Origin: Lenisia limosa
Taxonomy: Eukaryota > Protista > Breviatea
Reading direction: 5' to 3'
Assembly: GCA_001655205.1 (NCBI GenBank)
Contig: LPNZ01007209.1
Coordinates: 1 to 34,136 of the forward strand
Length of the DNA stretch: 34,136 bases
The first letter of the stretch is position 1, and each line of letters begins with the position of its first letter. The notes below the pieces were generated by a model, which was given only the letters and a program-made list of their open reading frames with translations, did not search any database and was not told where the DNA came from. Shown here piece after piece: positions 1-10,200 of this stretch. A program made the position numbers and the translations under genes.

Positions 1-161
1 CTCCAACAAAGACTTCCAAATTGTGCCTAGCGCATTTGAGTACCAGGCTGTCTGGGTAGACACCTCAGACGCGGCCCCAGAGCCTTCCTATGGCCCGGCG
101 CTATATGGTGGACTGGTGGGGGGAACTTGCGCCAAATCGGGATACGTCATAAATTCTAGTT
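1..161 (+). CDS. Possible exon fragment of an unidentified gene entering from the left, convergent with DCAF13
   Basis: Frame starting at base 2 is open to a TAA at 159-161 (SNKDFQIVPSAFEYQAVWVDTSDAAPEPSYGPALYGGLVGGTCAKSGY...) and is followed by T-rich, intron-like sequence. No family recognised; splice and stop positions unresolved. Confidence 0.3.
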
Positions 162-547
162 AAATTTCCAATTGTAGTTCAGAATTTTGCTTAATACCTT
201 ACCACTGGATTTTTCTTGGTGTCTTGGTCATGTTAATCTTATCTTTCTAGGTGTTTGTTCTCCTTGCGCTGATTGATTAGTGTTTTTGTGTCTTTTTTTT
301 TTGATACACCGGTTTCCTTTGTAATGGTCGGCTGGTTCACTGAAGGTGCACTGCTAAGGCTTCCCCACAATGATTTGTCGTCTTTTGAGACTAGGGAAAC
401 ACTAGGAAATTGCTGAGTGTTACTGAATCCTTATGTTTTTGTTTAGACTACATACGAGGCACCTATGATTGTTCTATGGCAGAAAGCACACAATGTGGAA
501 ACCATTAGAAACATTCATATACAATACCAGACCAGACAATACCATTT

Positions 548-3500
548 CTACTTCTCCACCGTAACAATAGCGCTTTGTCGGGTCTTCTCCTTCTGATACT
601 CGCCCTTCTTGTACGTGAACTTCTCCCTAAAAGATGAACTCTGTAAAGCGTTCTTCAAAAAGTAGCAACAATGTACCATCAGCCGCTCCGGTTGCCCACC
701 TGTTGCCCTCCTTGCGTCTTTCCGATTGTCTCATTGTGGCCTTCAGGTCCTTGGCCGCCTTGATGTACTTCGGCACGTGACGGTGCCTGGGGGGGGGGTG
801 ATTTGGGGGAGTTGTCTGGTTACATGGGCGTGGGAGGAGAACGAAAAGTCAACCACGGGGGGAGGGAATGTAAGTTGAAAGATGAATGAACCAAAGCTGT
901 CGTGTCATTATCAATCCGCTAGTCACTACACCAAAGCTGCCGTGTCATTATCAATCCGTTAGTCATTGCACACAGTCCAGCCTACTTTGAGATTCTCTGT
1001 ACATCCTTGACGTTCTTGAACTTTGTGATGAGCTTCTTGTTGTAATCAATCTTCGCTCGCTCCTTGGAGGTGGTCTGAAGGGGTCAACTGGGCTTCACTT
1101 TGGTGTGGAAAATATCAACTAGTTACGAAAAAAATTAGAGCCACCGCCACCTTTACATGCGCCCATTATCAACCCCCCACGGGTCCAAGTTTTTGACTGG
1201 CGTCAGCCTTCCAAATGCGGATGTTGGTGTCGTCCGAGCCACTCATCACGTATTTGGCGTCTCCACTGAATATCCGTGAATTGGTGCATTAGACATACCT
1301 GAAGCAAGCAGAGAAAACACGTTGCATTCTTCGGGTGTGGTACACCTCACGACTGTGTCCTTCCCGTGACTAAATCGGTCAATAAGGTCACTATACGGAT
1401 GTTGAAGCAATTGGTCACCTTGAAGATTCGGATGGTTTTGTCGTACGAAGCGCTACAGAACTCTTGGCCCGTGGGACTGTAGGAAACGTCCATTCTGCAG
1501 GGGTCACGGATGACTGCCATGCCCAGATGTAAAAAGAAGCTGTGTAGTGGAAGCGTAATCAAAGACCCTTCTGAACCTTGATGGTCCTTGACCCCCTTAC
1601 ACTGCCCCTTGATGGTCCTTGTGAATGTTGTTTATCTTCTTCAGGTTCCTCATATCGAAGGTGTACAGATTGTGATCTTCATTAGCCTAGGGCAAGATTA
1701 GCGATAAAATCTGTATGTTGCCAAAACCCTTCATTCCCACAGTGCCATTTTATTCCTTTCCAAAGCTTGTCACCCCCTACTGCAGTGAAGTAAAACGGCT
1801 CCATGGGGTTCCAGGCAATTGCGTTTGTTGTCATCTGAAGGGTTAAATTGAGAGTAGTAGCATACTGCTTTCTTGTTGTGCATGAAGAACAATCCCATCC
1901 GCGAACCTTCAGCACAACCTTGCGTATCGGGGAGTTGGTTCTAATATCGTACAAAATGATAGACCGGTCCGACCCTGCGCTGGCACAAATATCCTTTTCC
2001 GATGGGTTGAATCGGACAGTGTAGATCGATTGGCATCCCCATGAGTATTCAGAAATAGCCTCAGTTCTGCATTCATAAAGTCTTCGAAAGCAACACCATC
2101 ATTTAGGTAAACATTAGTGATACGACATTATGGACATATCTCCCATTACGGAAACCCAAAAAACAACGTTCTTTTGAGACTGGAACTGACCTGTTGACGT
2201 TCCAAAGTTGGATAACGTTGGAGCCCGTCACAAACGCGTCTTTGGAATAGTGGGTGTCCAGTTTGCTGGAGGGTAAGGGTGGATGGAGGTGTTCTCAATC
2301 GCATAGACTCCCATATATATCTATGATATGATGAACATGTTGATGTATCATATATATGCATATACATGTATATAATGATGAAAACCATAAAATATGGTGA
2401 GATTAGAAAAAAAAAGGTAGTATCTGGTTGAAGCCGTCCACACCATCACGCTTATAAGAGATATTATATGATAGCAGAATATTAATTCAATCATTTGCCT
2501 TACAACTCTGTGCACACAGCCAGCTATTGAAAAGTATATCAGAATCCGCCATACTTGAACCCTGATTTTGAAAGGAACGTTGTCATTGGCTGGAAGGGGT
2601 AAGTGAAGGAGAGGGCTTTGGCAAGGGCCAAATAAAAACACATGCCCGTTTTACTCACTTTGCTGAAATCATAAATCAACTCCGTTTCGTTGAGTTCGTT
2701 CTTTGTATCCACTTTCCAATGCTTTGCTGAACTAAAGAAGTTACTTTCACACAACGAAAATGGTAGGCGAAATTTAACAGCATAATGTGCTGTCATGAGC
2801 AAAAATGAGATATCGTAACCCCTGGTGAAGTTGTCCAATTTAGTCTTTTTGCCATATAATCACCTCCCATACCCATCGGATGAACACGTGATCAAACTGT
2901 TGTCGCTCATAACACCCATGCCAGTGAGAGTCGAGGAATGTGCCGTCGTACTTTGGAAGGGTTTCCTGAGAGGGGATAAAATGGAGAATTTAAACAGAAA
3001 TATCCCAAATCAGCTCGGTTGGCTGTGTAATGAATGTTGAGTACTTCTAATGCTACTCATGAGCCAAAGGACGATCACAACCCCAAGATCTTGTTCCCAC
3101 CTTGCTCCCAAGTTCCAAATTTTGAATTCTGGAATGTCAGAAAAGAAAAAAGGTGCCTACGATATATTCTTAAACCATTGGCTCTGATAAGATCATGGCT
3201 TGGTATTGCAAGCAAACCTCCATTAGCCGAGCCAGACATCAAAAGGCCAACACGGTTGCGGTGTCTCTCGAGGCAGTTTACGGTGTCGGTGTGGCCGTCC
3301 AGTTGGAACACAAAGGGCTTCGCGAAGAGGCGCTCCTATTATGTAAGATGTTTTAGATCGAATAGGTGACTGATGGTGATATTCAATTTGCACTCATCAC
3401 GCTTGTCTCTCACATGATATACACAAGATAGAACATGGACATGATAGCAGTACGATTCTCAGATACATCAATACGAATGACAAAAAACCATGATCATGGG

Positions 3501-3759
3501 CTACCCGAAAGTGAGCCACAAACCAGTTTGACTGCGTTGACGGCACGCGTGTATTCGCGCTCTCTCTGGAAGTGGTGGGCATTGGGGTCGTAGTTATGAA
3601 CTGTTCGGTTCATTTCGTGACGATTGCGTCCCACATAATCTTGCTGAAAGGATGAGCATAAATGTCCTTCCAATGGGACCAAATAAGCCTTCTTAGAGTG
3701 GACATGGAAACCAAACCCCAAGCGCCAACCTCATTTCTTGAAAGCGCTTTGACCTTCAT
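548..3759 (-). CDS. DCAF13: DDB1- and CUL4-associated factor 13 / Sof1 (WD40 protein of the U3 snoRNP/SSU processome), 17 exons, about 452 aa
   Basis: Manual splicing with all GT-AG introns gives one open frame. Exons: 3759-3730, 3643-3524, 3335-3218, 3128-3101, 2965-2873, 2731-2659, 2589-2555, 2265-2191, 2066-1907, 1834-1781, 1686-1601, 1494-1419, 1369-1299, 1265-1181, 1074-986, 786-700, 626-548 (sum 1359 nt, ends TAG). Family motifs: MKVKALSRNE, NYDPNAHHFQREREYTRAVNAVKLERLFAKPF, LDGHTD, WNPMEPFYFTAANED, MDVSYSPTGQEFCSASYDKTIRIF, SREVYHTRRMQRV, SGSDDTNIRIWKADASQKLG, and the Sof1 C-terminal HRHVPK. Confidence 0.96.
891..970. repeat. Tandem duplication, 2 x 40 bp, inside DCAF13 intron 15
   Basis: CCAAAGCTGTCGTGTCATTATCAATCCGCTAGTCACTACA / CCAAAGCTGCCGTGTCATTATCAATCCGTTAGTCATTGCA. 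Confidence 0.9.
1576..1621. repeat. Direct repeat of 15 bp (period 31) across a DCAF13 donor site
   Basis: CCTTGATGGTCCTTG at 1576-1590 (intron) and 1607-1621 (exon, encodes KDHQ on the minus strand). Confidence 0.8.
2422..2520 (-). other. Intronic hairpin-forming element, copy 1 (DCAF13 intron 7, 2554-2266)
   Basis: Minus strand GCTGTGTGCACAGAGTTGTAAGGC...TGAATTAATA...AATATCTCTTATAAGCGTGATGGTGTGGACGGCTTCAACCAGAT; 23/24 identical to 21906-21929 in the left arm plus an identical 18-mer AATATCTCTTATAAGCGT in the right arm. Confidence 0.8.
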
Positions 3760-4210
3760 GGTGATCAGATCTTAGGCCGATATCAATTAAACGAGCCTTC
3801 AACTGAGGCGCTTTACCTCTATTGTTCTAAAGCAGATAGTAGCAGTTGAGAAAGGGAGCTTGGGTAAATATATGGAGGTGATCACACGGGGGAGAGTCAG
3901 TCTTCGAAGATGAAACTGGTAACAATAAGTGTAAAACTAGCTTCTGTAGTCACTGTAGAGGGTTATTAATGGTGAAAAGGCCTTGTTGATTTCTTTTGTG
4001 GAGTAAAGACAAAGTCTGGTTGCCTTCCGGTCGCATAAGCCCCAAAACCAAAAATTTCAAAGTGCGAATGAAAGTTATAACTAACTCATTGAACATATTA
4101 TTAAGACTTATATATATATACGACAATGGAATAAGCATCATTTACTATGAAGCCGCATAAAAGCTGATCCCATCAACCTAGCTGCCACGCACCCCTCCCC
4201 ACTGCGGATT
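3760..4210. promoter_or_regulatory. Putative bidirectional promoter/5' UTR region between divergent DCAF13 and giant surface-protein genes
   Basis: Only 451 bp separate the two inferred, divergently oriented ATGs; includes a (TA)n run near 4108-4120. No specific elements proven. Confidence 0.45.
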
Positions 4211-4286
4211 ATGTCAATAGCTTGTAGTATAAGGTTATGGCAGGGATTGGCATTGGCCCTGTTTCTTCTATCTGCATGGGCTAATG
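4211..4286 (+). other. First exon encoding a predicted N-terminal signal peptide
   Basis: MSIACSIRLWQGLALALFLLSAWAN-G: basic residue, hydrophobic core, small-residue A-W-A cleavage motif; phase-1 donor GTATGA at 4287. Confidence 0.7.
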
Positions 4287-7200
4287 GTATGATTCATTCT
4301 TCGTAGCGTTCTCTATTTTCCACTATGTTTCTTTTTATGGATTATCTATCTCAAGCTTGGGAAAGTTATGGCCATTTTATTTGGGGGAATTAATAATTAA
4401 AGGAAGACAAAACACAACGCAACCCAGCAAACATTTACTAATCATAGCGTTGGGGGAGTATGCAAACACACTGTACGTGGTGGTGGTCACGACATGCATC
4501 CTTACAGAACTGTGTAGGGTCGGGACCCGAGTGACGTAAAACATCACGTTGTCCTCTACTTGGTGTTCGCAGAGAACCCAGTAGTGGACACAGGTGACGT
4601 CCATGTTCGCGAGGCTAAGAGTTTTTGCCCGTTGAGTGGGCTCATATGCCATGGCTGGTCTTTCATGTCGCTGGCAATGGACGATTCAGTTATTCTCAGG
4701 CCAGAGAGTGGACATCACAACTATTAGTGATTTATTTTGCTTGTGAATGTGTTTGTCTCTAAATGAACCCGTTTCTGTTCCAAGACATTCTCTCTCCATA
4801 TTTTGCCTTCAACATCACACCCTTCAGCCACGCCGCAGTGCTTCATGTTCACAAGCGTGTTCGTCGACCCCCTTCCTAATGCCTTGCCAGAGTCCCATAG
4901 AATCTTCTCAGCTGTCAGGTTGGTCTAGCTAATGCTTAGAATATGGAGGGATAGAATTGGTCCTACGGCAAAAGGTTACTTTCACTGTCTTTCGTGTTTC
5001 TCTTTCTTTTTCTTTTTCTTAGGTGTTTAATCTTGGTCTAATCCCGTTTGGAATCGATTTCCTTTTCATAGTCTTACCCCCCTGGTATCCTTTTCATAGT
5101 CTTGCCCCAGGTACCCAGGAACACTCGAGATGTTTTATCAGTATGGAATGCCCAAAGTCCAAGGTCCCAATACAGGTTTTGGGGCACTGTTTGGAACTGG
5201 TGGAGAGCCTTGCGTCGAACCCTCGCTGATACCCTTACTCCATTAGGACTGGAAGAATCTGACCACATTGGAATGGTGATTGTGACTGTTGGTGACGATT
5301 CCAGTTACCTGGTTGTGATCGGTGAGTGGTTGTGATCGATGAGTGGTTGGGATCGATTCCAAGTGAGGGGAATGGATTTTTGTTGTTTGGAACACACGCA
5401 GTGGATAGTGATATGTACCAAGGTGAGATGACCGAAGGGCCACACTTTGGAGAAAGGTGGTATTTTGATTCATTCTGCCGTGAAGCAAGATTTCGGTAAA
5501 CTCCCCACCCCCAGGTGACGATGATGACAGGACCAGTGGTGATTTTGCCGTTCGATTGTCCAGCTCGGGTTTTGGAACAATCCCTCTTGCCTTACGTAAG
5601 GGGTATATCATTTCTATAAATAATTATTTTTGACAGGTCTACTTATAAGCAGCATGTAACTCATATTATAGATATAGTATGTGTATAGTATATACATGTA
5701 TATATATATGATATAGTATAAACATTGAGTTTTAATGTTTGTGCCAAGTCTACTCACGACTATTGAGTATACAGTATCTTATGATGCGCAAAGAACACAA
5801 GACATTTTAACAATCCACAGAAGATGACCCGGGTGACACATGTCCAGGGCTCACAGTCAATCATGACTGTTACAACACCACTGATGACTCAATGTACGTG
5901 GCTCTGGGAAGGAAAGCTAATCCTAGAAAGACTCAATGTCATCATTTTTTCTCAAAATGCAAGCACGAGTGAAGAATTAATTAGGATACCAAGAACTTTT
6001 TATCATTTTAAAACCTGGAGTTTTTTTCTGTTCAAACTTTTTTAGATCGAGACGGACCCGCGTATTGACGTTATAGACTGGCCTTTTGGCACTTTGCCCC
6101 GTGCTGCGTATTGACGTTTTAGACTGGCCTTTTGGCACTTTGCCCCGTGCTGCGGAGACGGCATGGCTATTGGGCCGCTTCCGGACCTGGACCTAGATCT
6201 CTCAGTCGAATTCTTCAACGTCTTTGATATGGACGCAGTATGGGGGGCCTTGGGGTGTTGGTGGATAAGGGTTGTTGGTGGATAAGGGTTGTGTTGGTAG
6301 TGGGATTACATGATTCTCGCGTCTGTAGTTTTAACTTTCATTCATTAATTCCATCAGGTGAACTTTTTTGGCAGTTTCGAGTCCGACCTCTACACCATCA
6401 TCAAAGCTGCCGAATTTAGACTAAGTAACTTCGAGATTGACGGATCTGGTGGGGGGTAGAGAGGAAGTAAAGAGGACAGAAGTAGTAACATAATATGGGG
6501 CTGTGAAAGGAAATATAAGAAACCAAGGGCCTGGTCTCAAAATAAGATTTTCCGCTATTTGCTTTGTATTTTAGATTTGAATAAGGAAGACAAACAGCTC
6601 ATTGCCTCAGACCAAGTCAGGAATATGTCAATCAAAGCCATGTCATGTGGTGCTGCATGTGCCTCTCTGACCACCTGTTCCGAATGTGCCACGTCACCAC
6701 TTTGCGGGTGGTNNNNNNNNNNNNNNNNNNNNNNNNNNNNNNNNNNNNNNNNNNNNNNNNNNNNNNNNNNNNNNNNNNNNNNNNNNNNNNNNNNNNNNNN
6801 NNNNNNNNNNNNNGGCATTAATGACCTCTCAGGAAGCGGGGAGTGTTTGTACGGAATAGAATCCGGGCCACTTATTGGAGAGTGCTTCTCAACTAATTAC
6901 TTCTACGATGATTGTAAGAAGGAACCTTACTCACAACTATCATGTCTCTTCGCTCCAATAAATACAGATAAAGAGCGCAATTGAACGAGAAATCTGCTTT
7001 TGTTGAGCCTAAGGGAAGCCCTTGGGTATGCCCTTTATTTCCTTTAGGTAGCGATCACTGTTCCCGTTATGGTAATTCCTCCTCGTGTGTGGTAGACATG
7101 TCATGCGGTATTTGCGAAGACATCAACTGCGTCCCAATTGCTTTGGACCAGGTGAGTGCATGGGGAAATGGCAGTAACGTTGTATTGAGTTCATGAAATT

Positions 7201-10200
7201 CATCATTTAGTTCGGGAACGACATTGAAAGAGTTAAACAGAACTGCGGAAAATGGGACTCCTTTTACCATACCACTGGTGAGTATAATACCTGTTTTTTA
7301 ATTTCAGCAGATCAACAGATCTTGTTTCTTTCTATTTCTTTCTTTCTTTATTTTACAGTGTCCTCGCACTTGTTTTGTTGTAGTGTTTAATTTAACCCTT
7401 CCAGTCCCAGCCAAGCCAAGAGAACTCTTTATTTCTGTTCCGCAAGCAGAGAGTCACAACGTGCGTGGATATGTGTACCATTCGCTGATACCAAATTTAT
7501 GTTATTTAATACGTTTCATTGGGTAGAGAGGAAGTGATTTTTTAATTTTACTCATTTATTAACTCACAATAATATTTGTGTCGTATTGAGGAGATGAATT
7601 GATACTTTCACCATGGTCTGACATGTTGATCCTTGTCAGCGTTTTCTGTGTTTCCAAGTTCTCCTCCTAATTCCGCATAGTACACAATTGAAATGATTTG
7701 CTCGGACCCGGACGGATCGCCAGAGTATGCCCCCATCATATGGTCCACAAACGTCCAAACAATAGAGCCAGGTGTGTCACTGTCAACGCTCTCCAATGTC
7801 AGCAATTATGCACTTCTCCAAGTACCAGGCAACGTCATTTCTGGACTAGTCGTCTCTTTCCTGTCCACTTGCCAGGACCTTGCCCCCCACAGCGAGCTGG
7901 TTTCTATTTTCATTGAGGCGGATCCACCAACACTCTCGCCGCTAAACTCAACAGCTTCTGTCACTGCTGGAGACTTGCCTCATTTGATAACTCTAGACGT
8001 TATCACACACAACATTTTGGCGCCACATGCTCTCACGCACACCATTACGTCTCTCCCAGATACAGGAATGTTGTTTCATCATCTTCATGGTGGAGCCGTG
8101 GGTTCTCAGATCGGCTCTGTTCCCGCAGTTTTATCAGACAACACGGTCTTCTTCGTTCCTCCTGCGGCACTAGAACCCGGTGTGCACCCGGTGGTATTCT
8201 CATTTGAAGTGGCGTCCCACTCCCAATCCGTGACATCATCGATAACTGTCGAAATTAGCTCGAATAACCTTCGGCCCAATGTAATGCCAGATCTTCAGAT
8301 CGACGCTTCACGCAACTCCCCAGTTCAGTTCAGTTTCGTCAGCCAAGGTGACCCGAACAATGATTCACTGCAGTTCACCGTTTCATCACTTCCTTCAAAC
8401 GGAAGGCTATTCCAAGTCTACGGGAATATGTCAACTGGGGTGGAAATTACAGCACCCGGCTCCATCTCCAATCCAACTCATCTTTTGGAGTATTTAGCCA
8501 ACAACACTTCCTTATTTGGAAAGGTTTTTGATTCTCTGACCATTTCCGCTTCCGATAATTCACTTGTAACCGACTTCCAAGTGACGTTTTCGCTCGCCAG
8601 ACCCGAGCCGATCTTGGAAACGTCGGATATCACCGTTAGCTCTGACCAGCCTATCCGGATAAATCTCCGAGAAGGCCTGGCTACTGACGTGGCAGGCCCA
8701 GTGAAATACTCAATTCTGTCTCTTCCATCATCTGGTTCTCTCCACACATGCATGCAAAATGGACATGCTCTGGCCGCGCTATCCGATCCCGACATGCCAG
8801 CCGACCTTGACCTGGACTGTATTGTGTTTATTCCTGGGGTGGACGGGTTCACGGGTTCAGTTTCAGTCTCCGCAGGTTGGTCCGGTGACGGTACATTTGG
8901 ACCCACGAACTCGACTTTCAACATTTATTTCAATGGAAGCCCCCGGGAGGTGCCCGGTTGGAGAGTTCTGTACACGCTTGTCAACACCACCGCCAGCGTA
9001 AGTCTGCCGGCCGAACTGCATTCAGACGGACAGTTACGGGTTTTGTCGCTGACCGGGGATTCTGCTGAATTTTCAATTGGCAATGTAACCATCTCTACAG
9101 CTGACTTATTGACAGTACCTTTGGATCTCAACGTGACATGTTGTCTTCCCTTCGAAGAGAATTACGAAGCCAATCAGTTGGTTTTTGAGCTGACCTCTGT
9201 GTCATCCCCATCTACGAGGCATTATGTTGACGTTATATGCCACAACGGAACCCTTGTTGTCACCCCAGCAACAGTGTCTTCTACAGATTTCAGCATCCCA
9301 TCAGGCATTATCTCATGCCTCGACATTGCTGTGGATGGAATTGGACCAGTGGCTGTGTCGGTCACCAATATGTCTGGCGGTATTTTACGCACGCCTACTG
9401 GGGTCACTATCGACATTGGCGATTCGGTCACCCAGGGTGTGTCCGCCGCCGCACTGCCGCAGATCTGCGTCTATCCTGATGAGGCTATTTTGGGCCCAAG
9501 TCGTCAGGTCAATATCACCATCACTCCGATATCCCAGGGTACCTCAGGAGCGCCGGTTGCGCTTGAAATCTCCATTGGCTCTCCTGTGACACCCATCCCG
9601 AACCGGATTAGTGTTCAAGGAGAGCCGTGTGCTTGTCACCCCTTTTCACTCAAATCCTCTCGCTATGATGACGTGGCATATTTCGAAATTACGAGTTTCC
9701 CCAGTGAGGGTTCGATTTGGTTTATGACTGGAGACACGGCCACTTCCGAAATTACGAGTGTTCCGGCGGCGGTTGCGAAGTCGGACTCCCTTTGTTTTGA
9801 CATTCCGTGTTTGTCTGAAGGCTGGCCTCTTGATTCTTTCGCATTCTCAGCCACAGATGGTGTTACAACGTCACCCCCAGAATCGATTTTAGTATTTTCG
9901 GCAGTAGTCTCCGACCGGCCTCCCGAGTGTTCCGCTTCTTCAACCTCCGTAACCTCGACGGTCGGTTCCGTATTCTTCACACCGGGGCTCTGTCTAGACG
10001 CGGATGGAGATAATGTAAATATCACAATCACTTCCCTACCTTCAAATGGTTCGTTATTCCTGTACCCCGAGGAAACCCTCCTGGACATTGGGGACAGCTT
10101 CCTCCAAGACTCCCTCCTCCTCTTCCGAGCCACACCATCCGCATTCACGCTAAGCGATTCGTTCACATGGAGGGGCACAAGCAATGCCTTTGAGAGCGCC

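Noticed and set aside
2518-2561. Apparent non-canonical CT-AG intron after a candidate DCAF13 exon GSSMADSDILFN
   Set aside because: The better solution is exon 2589-2555 (PMTTFLSKSGF), which matches the family alignment and uses canonical GT-AG sites.
4506-4540. Possible in-frame TAG (…NTL|TV*GRDPSD…) suggesting stop-codon reassignment
   Set aside because: The 899-aa and 1680-aa ORFs and all 17 DCAF13 exons contain no in-frame TAG, and DCAF13 ends in TAG. An alternative splice (TAC|GTGGTG…tgtAG|GGT) avoids the stop.
5085-5094. GTATCCTTTT, a perfect U12-type 5' splice-site motif
   Set aside because: It lies about 25 nt upstream of an acceptor inside a tandem duplication, with no matching exon before it and no U12 branch site; probably chance.
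6061-6152. 46-bp direct repeats resembling a CRISPR array
   Set aside because: Only two adjacent copies, no spacers, no cas genes, eukaryotic context.
6454-7535. Exact 15-mer GGGTAGAGAGGAAGT in two introns (6454-6468, 7521-7535)
   Set aside because: About one exact 15-mer match is expected by chance in 34 kb, and the match does not extend.
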